DNA of 64,000 nucleotides from Spirochaetia bacterium (GCA_038204425.1 JBBRCZ010000006.1:32001-96000), one strand, 5' to 3'; shown: positions 39,834 to 49,890, counted from the stretch's first letter. The notes: generated from the sequence alone by a model not told the origin. Translations and numbers: made by a program.

Positions 39834-41051
39834 TCACATTGAGGCGTTTATTTGGGCCGCAATCGCTATTCCGATTCTTTGGAAGTTGGAAATTTCTCCG
39901 TTTAGTCTGCCATAATACAGCGGTATACCAATTGCAATGTTTAAGTAGGTAAACGGTGTCAAAATAATGCCGGTCTGGACACTGCCGGTGTTGTCAGTAA
40001 AATTGTGTCTCCATTCTATTGCCCAGTCAATGCCGCTATTATCTAAGTTTTTCCACAAAAGCTTAATGGTACAGTTGTGTCCCGACAAGGCAAGAGCGTC
40101 GCTAACTAGGGCCACGCCTTGGTCGCGCTCACCGTTGAAGAAATACTCTCCACCAAGCTGAATATTAGGGGTCTTCCATTCATAATAGAAGCCAGTGACG
40201 ACACTAAAAAACCATTGTGACCAATTAGTAGACACTACTTTGGCTTCGGCAAAGTAGTCTATGCCCAAGAACGCAGTTTTAATCGAAGTGAAGGCCTGCA
40301 GCCCCAAGGATTCTTGATATAAGACTCCAAGTCCCCATTCTATAGGTCCAAGACTTAAAGTACCGCGCAATCCGTAGCCCAAATTATACGGCGAAAAAGC
40401 TGCAGCGCTACCATGGTACCAGTCTTTGGAAATAACGATTGCGCTGAGGTAATGTAGGCCAAGTGGAATATCTGCTTTAATGATAAAAGGATTGCTGCCT
40501 CCCGGGCCTCGAGACAAGAGATCTACGGCGTTGTAGATACGAGCATTGCCCCAAGTGGGTAGTGCATTGCCAAATCGCAGAAAAATAGCGTCTGCAATCG
40601 TGTAGTCAAGAATTAGGTTGCCCAAAGCAATGGTGTAGCCAGGATAGGAAGCGCTTATACTAACCAGTCCATATAGGTCGCTGGTGGGCCTAATTGAAAC
40701 ACCAAATGAGGAGTTGAGTGTAACTCCAGCATTGGGGTCAAAGCCTTTGGCAATATCAGTAAAATCAATCCAGTCGGCCCAGCCGACGCCGAGCCCGCCT
40801 TGGAGCGTAAAACTCGCAAAAACTTTGATGGCACTATCACTTATAAAGCTTTCTAAAAAGTTGGTGTTGTTGTCCTCGACTTTAAGATCCTCGGTGTCGG
40901 TAAACAAATCATCAACAGAAACATCCGGGATTTCCTGATATTCCAAAACAACCAAGTCATCCTCTTGCGCATAAGTCTGGCTAGGTATTGTTAAACAAAG
41001 AGCAAGAAAGCCAAGCAATAAGCGCGCACCGCGGCCGAGCCTATTAACCAT
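39834..41051 (-). CDS. Putative outer-membrane beta-barrel protein
   Basis: Signal peptide, acidic N-terminal segment, alternating aromatic/hydrophobic strands; last gene of a LolA-like/ABC permease cluster. Confidence 0.55.
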   Translation of the reverse strand: MVNRLGRGARLLLGFLALCLTIPSQTYAQEDDLVVLEYQEIPDVSVDDLFTDTEDLKVEDNNTNFLESFISDSAIKVFASFTLQGGLGVGWADWIDFTDIAKGFDPNAGVTLNSSFGVSIRPTSDLYGLVSISASYPGYTIALGNLILDYTIADAIFLRFGNALPTWGNARIYNAVDLLSRGPGGSNPFIIKADIPLGLHYLSAIVISKDWYHGSAAAFSPYNLGYGLRGTLSLGPIEWGLGVLYQESLGLQAFTSIKTAFLGIDYFAEAKVVSTNWSQWFFSVVTGFYYEWKTPNIQLGGEYFFNGERDQGVALVSDALALSGHNCTIKLLWKNLDNSGIDWAIEWRHNFTDNTGSVQTGIILTPFTYLNIAIGIPLYYGRLNGEISNFQRIGIAIAAQINASM

Positions 41052-41853
41052 TCAGTTTCTCCAAATAGGCTTGAGTAAAAGTATTTTGTGGCAAATCCAC
41101 AAGAGAAGGCTGACTAATGGTAATCTGTGTTTTTTCGCTCACAAATGAACCGGCAATATTTTTGCCTTTAAGAATATCTACGATAATAATATTGGTAGGG
41201 ATGTAGCGACTGCCCACTTTTTGATACTGTGGAATCGCTGTCGTGCGCAAATGTTGGCCAGACAGACTATAGTCTTTGGTTTGGCGGACGAGGCTATCCG
41301 CGCTGCTCAACCATACTTTCATGCGTGGAAAAGTGACTTCGTCAGTGGTGGACTCTAGATCAAGTACCCAACAATCAAATCGGCCAAGTTTTTCTGGTGT
41401 TACCTTGGTAACCTGGTAGTCGCCACCCAAATTGGATCTTGTAAAGTCAGAATTTCGCGCATTGAGGTTCTGAAAACGATCGCGCGCGCTTGTAAATGTG
41501 GCGCGACGACTTTCGGGGTCATAGAACCACAAGTTGTTATCAACCTTAAGGTATCCTTTGCCCTTGTCCACTTCTGGCAGTTTCATAACAATCAGATACT
41601 TGTTCTCACGGTCCCTTCTAAAGATAATTGCGGTTTTGTATACCTTACCTTCTCCAGGAACATCCTGAACAAACTGATACTGTGCAGTAAAGTCACTATC
41701 CATAAAAGTAACCAGTTGGTCTGACTGTTTGAGAACATCCTGCGCGCGTGCAACGTTGGGAGTTTGTGCTCCAAGACCGGTTGCCATAACAATTAAAAAA
41801 GTTAAGACCAGAAAACTGTGCGTGTGCACTTTAGGTAAACTGAAGACATGCAT
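41044..41853 (-). CDS. LolA-like outer membrane lipoprotein-sorting protein
   Basis: Signal peptide; PEVDKGKGYLKVDNNLWFYDP, NSDF, DYSLSG, FTQAYLE. Confidence 0.8.
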   Translation of the reverse strand: MHVFSLPKVHTHSFLVLTFLIVMATGLGAQTPNVARAQDVLKQSDQLVTFMDSDFTAQYQFVQDVPGEGKVYKTAIIFRRDRENKYLIVMKLPEVDKGKGYLKVDNNLWFYDPESRRATFTSARDRFQNLNARNSDFTRSNLGGDYQVTKVTPEKLGRFDCWVLDLESTTDEVTFPRMKVWLSSADSLVRQTKDYSLSGQHLRTTAIPQYQKVGSRYIPTNIIIVDILKGKNIAGSFVSEKTQITISQPSLVDLPQNTFTQAYLEKLNG

Positions 41854-41883
41854 ATTTGATACACTCCTTGTTGGATAAGTGGC

Positions 41884-43173
41884 TTATTCGGCTCGAAGCG
41901 CTTCGCATGGTATAATATTGCGGGCATAACGAGAAGGCAACCAAGCCCCCAGCACGATTGAAGAGGAAACCAAGAGTGCGTCAAAGAGCCAGGTTTCAAA
42001 ATATATATTCCAAGATAGCTTTCCCCTATAGAGAAATATATCAAAGCCCGACAAGTGACTTAGGTCTATATTCTGAACAAGCAAAAGACCCAAAAACCCC
42101 AGCAAAGTGCCGCCGACGATGCCAATACTACTGAGTAAAAAGGCTTCGATCAAAAAAAGGTTACTGATTCTTTGGCGTTTCATACCCAAGGCGCGCATCG
42201 TGCCAATTTCCTTTACACGCTCCCTAACAATGATACGATAGGTGTTTAGCACACCAATAGTGATGATACCAAACATTAGAGCGAGGAAAAACCAGGTCAC
42301 CAGTTCAATTGCTTCAAATAATGAGCGCAGCTGATAGAGGTGGTCTTCAACACTTAAGACTGCATAGCGCCATCCGTCCCAGACTTGACTAAGCTGGTTC
42401 ATATAGTGGTTTCTGTCCTTGCCATAGTCAAAGGTTTTTAGTCCAGACAAGGAAAGGGCTTGACTTATTTTTAAGGTATTGGCCCTGATATCACGTGTTT
42501 CCTCGAGATAGATGCCCAAATTGTTGTAGTCTTCCTCGGGCAGACGTATTAACTCATTGAGGGCTGAACGATCCATATAGACCGTATAGGCGCTAAAAAT
42601 ACTGGCATCTCTAAAAATGCCTGCTACGACTAAATTTATGGTGTTGATAGGCCCAGCAACCATCGGAGCTTGCAAAATTACATCATCGCCAAGCCTAAGG
42701 TCTAAGTTTTTTGCGGTCTGACTAGACACCAATATGCCCGTCTTACTGAAAACGTTTTGTGGACCTCCAGCAAGGTAGCTTAAGTCGTTGAGCACCGGGC
42801 TTGCGGCGCTCCAGTCAAGCCCGATGATCCGACGCAAAGGTCGACGCTCGCCATTAAAGAACAAGAACCCAGTGTCATAAACATGAGTCCGGCGGACAAT
42901 TGCCCGTATTTGGTCAATGCCCGATTGGGCAATTGCAGTCCTAATAAGCGCCTCATCTTTGACGAGATCCAAGTTGTTGGTATTTGACCGCCCATGTACA
43001 AGTATGTGGCCGCCATAATAACGGCTGCCACCATCGTTAAGATTTTTTGCAAGCCCCGCTACCAACGCTTGGGCAATAGTAACAATCGCAAAACCAAATA
43101 TGGCCGCTAATACGAGCAAAACGTAGCGCCGCTTCTGTCTGTTGAGATTACGTCCTGCTAGCCAAAAAATCAT
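41884..43173 (-). CDS. FtsX/LolE/MacB-like ABC permease
   Basis: LAGRNL, large periplasmic domain, ERVKEIGTMRALG, EALR C-terminus. Confidence 0.88.
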   Translation of the reverse strand: MIFWLAGRNLNRQKRRYVLLVLAAIFGFAIVTIAQALVAGLAKNLNDGGSRYYGGHILVHGRSNTNNLDLVKDEALIRTAIAQSGIDQIRAIVRRTHVYDTGFLFFNGERRPLRRIIGLDWSAASPVLNDLSYLAGGPQNVFSKTGILVSSQTAKNLDLRLGDDVILQAPMVAGPINTINLVVAGIFRDASIFSAYTVYMDRSALNELIRLPEEDYNNLGIYLEETRDIRANTLKISQALSLSGLKTFDYGKDRNHYMNQLSQVWDGWRYAVLSVEDHLYQLRSLFEAIELVTWFFLALMFGIITIGVLNTYRIIVRERVKEIGTMRALGMKRQRISNLFLIEAFLLSSIGIVGGTLLGFLGLLLVQNIDLSHLSGFDIFLYRGKLSWNIYFETWLFDALLVSSSIVLGAWLPSRYARNIIPCEALRAE

Positions 43174-43176
43174 AAG

Positions 43177-44685
43177 CTATGACTCCTGTCTAATGGCATT
43201 GAGAGGTGAGATTTTTAGCGCCTTTTGTAAAGGAACTATCCAAGAAATCAGGCCAATGGCCAAAGACAGCGCCACGCTCAATAAGAGACTGTCCAGCTCA
43301 AGAACAGGGCGCAGACTGCGGCTACCAAACAAGTTGATGAGTAGCGCATTCTCTAAGGCAATTCCGTTGCTGTTGAGGACCATGACGGCGATGCTGCCAA
43401 GCACTATACCAGCTATTCCGGCGACAAAGCATAAAAACATGATCTCTGCGCCAAGTAAGACTTTAACAAAGCTTTTACGCGCGCCCAAGGCCCTTATTGT
43501 CCCGATTTCTTTTGTCCGTTCAAAAATTGAAATAAGTAGAGCATTGGAAAGAATAAAAGTAATTACAACAGCTAAAATTATCAAACCCACATTGAAAATC
43601 ATCTTGAGCGCAAGAATGTAGCTTGCGGTTGCGCCGGCCGCCGACTTCCAGTCGCCAATCGTCACCGCTAGTCCGCGTTTGCCTAACAGCTCAGCAATTG
43701 TTAGTCGCGCTTCTGCTGGAGATACCCCGTCTTTAATCTTTATTAGAATAAAATGCCATTGGTCAGAAGGCAGCGAGGCAGTGTTTTCAAATGGGCTATG
43801 TAGTCGTTGTAGTTGCCTTGCTTCTTCCGCAAGGGCAAGCTCATTGCTCAGGTCTGTCAACAATTGATTACTGCGGTTGTCGTTGATCACTAAGTCGACT
43901 CCTGTATCCATAAACAGGTCGTCGAGCGATTGGGTGAGCATAGTATTGCTTTCCGCGGGCACTGTCGTTTGGGTTTCAACTGTAGCTATGCCGAGCAGAT
44001 CCCTGAGGGTATGAGCACCAACCCATACGGTTTTTAAAAGGGCTTCATTGTCCAAGTGGTGGCGGACGATTGCGGCTAATTTGCCTGTTCGTATACTAAA
44101 GCTGGAATTGCTGTAGTAGTTTAGACTTATTTCTTCGCCAATTACTAAGGTTCGGCCTAGGTCCTTTTCTATCTGCAAGGCTCTTTGTTCTGGTATAACT
44201 ATCCAGTTTGCCGCGTTGTTTACTAGGGAACCTCGGATTAAGTCAAACTGGTTAAACGTATCAAAGTATTGTTTCCCATCCACGCCAAACGCAATACTCT
44301 TCAATCGCAAGCCACCAACACCAAAAACAATCGGGCTGGATATCATTTGAACGATTGAACTGGAAAGCTTGGTTTCAAGCACTGCGTTGTACACTTTTTC
44401 GGGAGACTCAAGGTATGGAAGTCGAGCCAGTTCACCAATTACCGGCAGGTCAATACCAAAAAGGCTGCTGGGTTCTTCTGAATTGGCAGCAATTACTAGG
44501 TCGCCCGTAAAATTATTGATAAATGAGGCTTGCAATCCGGCATTAGAGGTGTCGATAATTGCATTACCAAGTACCAAAAAACTTATACCTATGGCAATTA
44601 GTGCGCCAAGGGTCAAGTTGCGGCCTTTGTTGCGGCTCAGATTGCGAATAGATAGTGAGAATGCCAGCCTGAGTGAGAAGGTCAT
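43177..44685 (-). CDS. FtsX/LolE/MacB-like ABC permease
   Basis: SIRNLSRN, ERTKEIGTIRALGA, ISPLNAIR; start probably ATG 44685. Confidence 0.88.
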   Translation of the reverse strand: MTFSLRLAFSLSIRNLSRNKGRNLTLGALIAIGISFLVLGNAIIDTSNAGLQASFINNFTGDLVIAANSEEPSSLFGIDLPVIGELARLPYLESPEKVYNAVLETKLSSSIVQMISSPIVFGVGGLRLKSIAFGVDGKQYFDTFNQFDLIRGSLVNNAANWIVIPEQRALQIEKDLGRTLVIGEEISLNYYSNSSFSIRTGKLAAIVRHHLDNEALLKTVWVGAHTLRDLLGIATVETQTTVPAESNTMLTQSLDDLFMDTGVDLVINDNRSNQLLTDLSNELALAEEARQLQRLHSPFENTASLPSDQWHFILIKIKDGVSPAEARLTIAELLGKRGLAVTIGDWKSAAGATASYILALKMIFNVGLIILAVVITFILSNALLISIFERTKEIGTIRALGARKSFVKVLLGAEIMFLCFVAGIAGIVLGSIAVMVLNSNGIALENALLINLFGSRSLRPVLELDSLLLSVALSLAIGLISWIVPLQKALKISPLNAIRQES

Positions 44686-44760
44686 ATATGCTATGATTGT
44701 AGCACGGCTCTTTATCATGTTACTATAGAAAATAAAGGCAGTGAGCAAGGAGATTAGGCA

Positions 44761-45837
44761 ATGCCGGTTGTTTATTCGGTAGTTTTGGCGGGGTTCATCA
44801 ACCTGCTACTCATACCTTTAGTGCTGTACGTTTCACATAAACGGGCTTGGTTCGATCAGCCCGATGAGCGAAAGATTCACAGTCACCAGATACCGCGTTT
44901 GGGTGGCATAGGTATTTTTTGGTCATTTATAATTGCCTTGGCGATAGGTGGCGTAATCTTTCTTGGAAGCGAAGAAACACTCAATGTCGTAAGGTTGTAC
45001 TGGCCTGCTGTTATAGCCGCTTTACTTATCCATCTGACTGGACTCTTTGATGACTTTGCCAATTTGCGCGCTCTTTTTAAATTTCTCGTGCAAATCGCGG
45101 CGGCGGTTCTTGTTGTTAGTTTTGGCTATCGTTTTACAAGCATCTGGTTGCCGTTTTTGGAAGGCCCACTAGAATTGGGTTTTTTTGGCTATCCCTTAAC
45201 AGTTCTCTGGATAGTCGGCGTCATAAACGCTGTCAACCTCATTGATGGCATGGATGGCCTTTGTGCCGGAATAAGCGGCTTTGCAGCCATGGTTATTGGC
45301 ATGATACTTCTCGGAAATGGACAAACAATTCCCGCTTTAATTGCATTTGTACTTGCTGGATCTCTAGCAGGCTATCTATTTTACAATTTTCCACCTGCTA
45401 CTATTTTTATGGGCGATTCGGGCAGTACTTTTTTAGGTTTTATGTTGGCTGTTTTACCACTTCTCGATGTTTCGGGTCGCAATCCGGGAATGTGGTTTTG
45501 GGATGGGGCACTCATAATGGTAATACCTATATTTGACACCATATCTTCGATGATTAGGCGCAAAAAATCGGGCGCTCCGGTTATGGCTCCCGATCAGTGG
45601 CACTTGCACCACAAACTGCTCAAACTTGGTCTGTCAGTAAGGTCTATTCTCAATTTTATCTATCCAACCATGATAGTAATTGGAACTTCGGTAGTTTCGG
45701 TGCTCTTTGTTTCGCCAATGCTGCACTGGATAATTGTCATTGCCACATTTGCAATGGTGCTTGCCGGTTTTCTTATTTTACATTACCTCAAAGAAAGTAG
45801 GCTATCCAACCATGTTAACATTAGGGAAACCAAGTAG
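44761..45837 (+). CDS. wecA: Undecaprenyl-phosphate GlcNAc-1-phosphate transferase (WecA/TagO family)
   Basis: DQPDERKIH..PRLGG, GLFDD, NAVNLIDGMDGL, IFMGDSGS, HLHH; RBS AAGGAG. Confidence 0.88.
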   Translation: MPVVYSVVLAGFINLLLIPLVLYVSHKRAWFDQPDERKIHSHQIPRLGGIGIFWSFIIALAIGGVIFLGSEETLNVVRLYWPAVIAALLIHLTGLFDDFANLRALFKFLVQIAAAVLVVSFGYRFTSIWLPFLEGPLELGFFGYPLTVLWIVGVINAVNLIDGMDGLCAGISGFAAMVIGMILLGNGQTIPALIAFVLAGSLAGYLFYNFPPATIFMGDSGSTFLGFMLAVLPLLDVSGRNPGMWFWDGALIMVIPIFDTISSMIRRKKSGAPVMAPDQWHLHHKLLKLGLSVRSILNFIYPTMIVIGTSVVSVLFVSPMLHWIIVIATFAMVLAGFLILHYLKESRLSNHVNIRETK

Positions 45838-47689
45838 AACTAAGGTTGGTGCACCCAGACTTCGTTGGATGTTTCTTTGTCTTATGGCGGTATCGACATT
45901 GTCCGCGGCCAACAGTCAAATCAGCGGCCAAGCTATAGGCCAAGCTATGCTTACCGTTGACGACACTACGGTTGCGGCTATTGAAGAACTTGCAACCATT
46001 CGTGGCCTAGTTAGAGCTTTGCCTGTAAAGCCATGGAGCGTCGCACAGGCTCTTGGCATCCTCGAGGGCTTGGAGAAACCGCAAGGTTTGGATTCGGTAT
46101 TGGCCGGCGCATTTGGCTGGAGCTCTGCCTTGAGTCGTTCCGAACGGCAGCTAATAGAGACGCTACGAGCTGATCTCAATAAATCTATGCTGTTATCTGA
46201 GTCGAGTTTTGACTTTGATGTCTCGTTAGGCATCGCACCGGAACTCTATCTGAAGTCTAGACCAAGTACCTCAATAGACGGAAACGCGTGGGAATACGGC
46301 TATGAAGAACGGTGGCCCTTGATCTGGCTAGATTTGTATGGAGCCTGGGGTGGAGAAAAAGATCTTGAGTCTAGTTTTTATGGTATCTGGGGTGGTGGAA
46401 CTGTTGATATCCGCGAGGACCACAATACGCTTAAGCTTGATCTAAGTGACGGTAGACCAGCCAATTTTAGCAATTTTCCAGAAGACGCAAGTTATATTGA
46501 TTTTCAATTTCCTCATCGCAGCCTTGTGGCCAGCGGTGGAAAAAACTGGCTTTTCTCGCTAGGTCGCGACAAGCTCAATTTTGGCAATGGCAAACAGGGA
46601 AATTTGGGCATTTCAGACCATGCTGACTTTTATGATTATGGACGATTGCAGCTTTACTCTAAGCCGCTTTCCTACACCTCACTCTGGCTTGGCCTTGACC
46701 CAAGCGTATATGGTCTAGAAAATCTAATGCCTGCTAATTATCTAGCCCTTAATTTGGAGGAGGCTAAAAATGCGTTTATCCACAGAATTGACCTCAACTT
46801 TTGGGATACTCTTCATGTTGGCATAGTGGAAGGTGTGATGGTAGGTGGCGTTCAACCATCTCTGAAGTACCTCAACCCTTTTATTATATTTCATAATCTT
46901 TTTCCCTGGTTGGATGATCCAGACATAACCAGTGCGTCTAGCCTCTCAGGCTTTGAGTTTACGCTTACGCCGGTACGCGGCCTTAGACTGTGGTATCAAT
47001 ACTATCAGAATCAAGTTCAAACTGAATTTGAAAAAGCAGTCTATGGTGACTCCGCCGCTGCGCTTCCTGATGCCAACGCACAGTTGGCCGGTGTCGAGTT
47101 TTCCTGGGCTATTGGCGCATTTGACCAAGACTATCTAGAGGGTGACTTGTTGGCGGCTAAAGGCCCATATATTTTTAACCTTGGTATAGAATGGGCAATG
47201 ACCAATCCTTGGATGTACATCAGAGAAAATGCGCTCAACTCTTGGTTTTGGCGCCGCCGTCTCCCCAGCAATGTGGCAGGTGGTGACCTGTTTAAAGACA
47301 AGGTTATCGGTTGGCACTTGGGTCCTGATAGCACAAGCCTTGCGGCCTGGATTCAGATTTCTCGTTACAGACTAGGCGCAGTCAAGCTCGACTTTGAATA
47401 TCGCGCCCAAGGTGAGAATACTATCTATACACCCTATCAAACTGGCCCAGCTGCAGTGTCACTAGTTTCACCAAGTGGGATTCCGATTGAAACCTATCTC
47501 TTTGGCTTATCTGGCAACCTAGATGTTTACAAGCCAAGTAAAGAATGGTCCTTTTTGCCCGCGCTTTCAATTCATACCGACTTGCGATATCTTTACACCA
47601 GTAATGCCCAACACCAAGCCGGACTGACCTGGGACGAATGGCAGTGGGTCGTAGGCTTGAGTCTAAACTGGAAGGTTGCTACGCCATGA
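45812..47689 (+). CDS. Wzi-like (capsule assembly) outer-membrane protein, copy 1
   Basis: Signal peptide; N-terminal helical cap with VKPWS, SLGRD..FG, HRID, YLNPF, IGWHLGPDS; start uncertain. Confidence 0.6.
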   Translation: MLTLGKPSRTKVGAPRLRWMFLCLMAVSTLSAANSQISGQAIGQAMLTVDDTTVAAIEELATIRGLVRALPVKPWSVAQALGILEGLEKPQGLDSVLAGAFGWSSALSRSERQLIETLRADLNKSMLLSESSFDFDVSLGIAPELYLKSRPSTSIDGNAWEYGYEERWPLIWLDLYGAWGGEKDLESSFYGIWGGGTVDIREDHNTLKLDLSDGRPANFSNFPEDASYIDFQFPHRSLVASGGKNWLFSLGRDKLNFGNGKQGNLGISDHADFYDYGRLQLYSKPLSYTSLWLGLDPSVYGLENLMPANYLALNLEEAKNAFIHRIDLNFWDTLHVGIVEGVMVGGVQPSLKYLNPFIIFHNLFPWLDDPDITSASSLSGFEFTLTPVRGLRLWYQYYQNQVQTEFEKAVYGDSAAALPDANAQLAGVEFSWAIGAFDQDYLEGDLLAAKGPYIFNLGIEWAMTNPWMYIRENALNSWFWRRRLPSNVAGGDLFKDKVIGWHLGPDSTSLAAWIQISRYRLGAVKLDFEYRAQGENTIYTPYQTGPAAVSLVSPSGIPIETYLFGLSGNLDVYKPSKEWSFLPALSIHTDLRYLYTSNAQHQAGLTWDEWQWVVGLSLNWKVATP

Positions 47690-49350
47690 AATTTTTTGCC
47701 AAAAGACGCGTCCCATGCTTCGTGGCATTCGTATTATTTTTTGTGAGCACCACAGTCTTTGGGCAGAATTTTGTGGATCCCAATGATGGTGTATATTTTG
47801 ATCTCGAACGCTGGTCTTTGCTGCGCTTAACGGGGCCCTTGCCGTCGCTCAAACCTTACACTATCCAAACTATAGTTGTCGCTTTAGAAAACGTCCTTGC
47901 TAATCCAAATACGCCAACTGAAGATCAGAGACAGGCCCAAAAATACCGAAGCAGAGTTGGTGACGGATTTCATGCAGGACTCGGGTCCGAATTAAGGGCT
48001 TCTAATTCTGGCAGTGACCCTTTTGGTTTTGTCGCCTTTGAAGCAGAGGCCTCTGCTATGATTATTGACGAAATATCGGCCGCCTTGGACATAAAGCTCT
48101 ACGGTCTTAATCGAGATGGAGGCTTGCAGCTGCCACAGTTTAAAGGTTTAAAAGAAGACTACATAGAGGACTGGTCAGATCTTGGTGATGGCATCTTGAT
48201 AAGGCAAATTGCCCATACTTTGGTGGGCATTGGAAAAACTGGCGAGAGCTTTGAGGCTTCGCTAGGGTTTACCAGAAACAGCTTTGGACCATTCTATCAA
48301 AATGGTATAGTCTTGGGACCTCAGGCGCCAGTCGCGGGTCGTTTTTCAATAAACTTGCGCCAGCCTGGCTTTGATTACACCTTTGCTCTGATAGAAATTA
48401 CTGGTCAATACAACGATTTATCCAGTTTGGTGGGCAACAAAAGACTTTTTTTACACGAACTCAACGGTCACATCTCTCCTTGGTTTGAACTTGGCATCTT
48501 TGAAACCGTGGTAACCGGCGGGCAACTTAATGCTTTGTACTTACTACCCTTGGCGGCGTATTTTCAACTTCAGGGTGTTGGTGGATTTGCGGACAACTCA
48601 TTGCTCGGCCTTACAGCAAAACTAAAGCCGACTCCAGGTTTAGACATAAACGCTGTGCTCTACCTCGACGACCTGCACTTTAATGATATTGCACAGTTTG
48701 AATTTGACACCAAGTGGAAAATGGCGTTTCAACTAGGAGCTTCTTTTAGTCCCAGTGATGAGATCGTTAGTCAGGTACTCAAGCGGATAGATTTTGACTA
48801 CACCGCGGTCATGCCCTACATGTATACCCACATCAATAGCCTGGGTAGCGCCGCCGATGCTATCAACTACGAAAACTATACCCACAATGGCCTCAACCTT
48901 GGCCCTGCCTTAGAACCCAACTCGGAACGTTGGAATCTTAACACCAATATGCTGATCTTCACTAACCCCAGTTATGGACGACTTGAGCTCAATATTGGCT
49001 TTGTCTTGGTTCGACACGGAAATGCGAGTGCCGGTATCATTCCAGGTGGGACTGGTGATATTTTTGACGACGGCTATCTCGCAGGTGTACCCACCTTTCA
49101 ACGACCTTTTGTGGATCCCACAGGACAACCCTACACCCGATTCTTGACTCAAGCAGTTTTAGAAACCACGCTGCAATGTCAGCTCGGGCTGGTATATGAA
49201 CTGGGTTCCAGCGATCCAAATGACAGAGCCGCCGGAAGAATTAGGCTTGCGTTTGACTATACTTTTGAGCAGCAGTGGAATACCGACTTTGCCTTAGGTT
49301 CTGATCGCAGTCTACACTATCTTGGGTTTGGCATTTCTTGGCTCTACTAA
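47686..49350 (+). CDS. Wzi-like (capsule assembly) outer-membrane protein, copy 2
   Basis: Signal peptide; SLKPYT cap, RNSFGP, LGIFETV, YLLP, DNSLLG, PYMYTH, LGPALEPNS; aromatic C-terminus WLY. Confidence 0.62.
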   Translation: MKFFAKRRVPCFVAFVLFFVSTTVFGQNFVDPNDGVYFDLERWSLLRLTGPLPSLKPYTIQTIVVALENVLANPNTPTEDQRQAQKYRSRVGDGFHAGLGSELRASNSGSDPFGFVAFEAEASAMIIDEISAALDIKLYGLNRDGGLQLPQFKGLKEDYIEDWSDLGDGILIRQIAHTLVGIGKTGESFEASLGFTRNSFGPFYQNGIVLGPQAPVAGRFSINLRQPGFDYTFALIEITGQYNDLSSLVGNKRLFLHELNGHISPWFELGIFETVVTGGQLNALYLLPLAAYFQLQGVGGFADNSLLGLTAKLKPTPGLDINAVLYLDDLHFNDIAQFEFDTKWKMAFQLGASFSPSDEIVSQVLKRIDFDYTAVMPYMYTHINSLGSAADAINYENYTHNGLNLGPALEPNSERWNLNTNMLIFTNPSYGRLELNIGFVLVRHGNASAGIIPGGTGDIFDDGYLAGVPTFQRPFVDPTGQPYTRFLTQAVLETTLQCQLGLVYELGSSDPNDRAAGRIRLAFDYTFEQQWNTDFALGSDRSLHYLGFGISWLY

Positions 49351-49364
49351 ACCCAAGATAGTGT
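49314..49364. repeat. Perfect 16-bp inverted repeat straddling the stop codon (hairpin/terminator-like)
   Basis: ACACTATCTTGGGTTT (49314-49329) and AAACCCAAGATAGTGT (49349-49364). Confidence 0.85.
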
Positions 49365-49470
49365 GTCCAATAGTAAAATATTTCTAATATTTAGGTTTTT
49401 TTTGCCGAATTTAAAATCACACTACCGTTGTATGTCGTACATATATCGTACGTAAGTCAAAGGGGCAGTT

Positions 49471-49821
49471 ATGCAAAAGCAAAAAATCGACGAAGTAAGT
49501 GCACGTTTACACTATCTAATCAAAGATGGCGTTGTTCCATTGCCAGCTTTTGGTAAAGCTGAAGTATTGTTGCAGCAAGCGCGTTTGATGGTCACAATGC
49601 GCAAGGTTTTAAGGAGCTATCTCGACGCACTAGCGGATGGCGATTATGGACAAGCTAGTGTTAGGCTTGGCATCTTTCGTTATTTGGAAGAAGGTTCTTG
49701 TAAAGAGCAATTTGAGAAATATGGATATCCCGAGCAGGAGACCAGTGCCTGGGATGAGTTAATTTCGGAATATCAAGCAGACAAAGCAACTATCTGTGTT
49801 CACCAAGCTGGAAATAGCTAA
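49471..49821 (+). CDS. Hypothetical protein (116 aa)
   Basis: Fills the intergenic gap, purine-rich RBS AAGGGG; no family recognised. Confidence 0.55.
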   Translation: MQKQKIDEVSARLHYLIKDGVVPLPAFGKAEVLLQQARLMVTMRKVLRSYLDALADGDYGQASVRLGIFRYLEEGSCKEQFEKYGYPEQETSAWDELISEYQADKATICVHQAGNS

Positions 49822-49890
49822 AGGCATACGGTATACTGACCTGATTTTTAGTCTGGTCTTCTTGGCCAAGGCGAATAAGCTGGAGGATTC

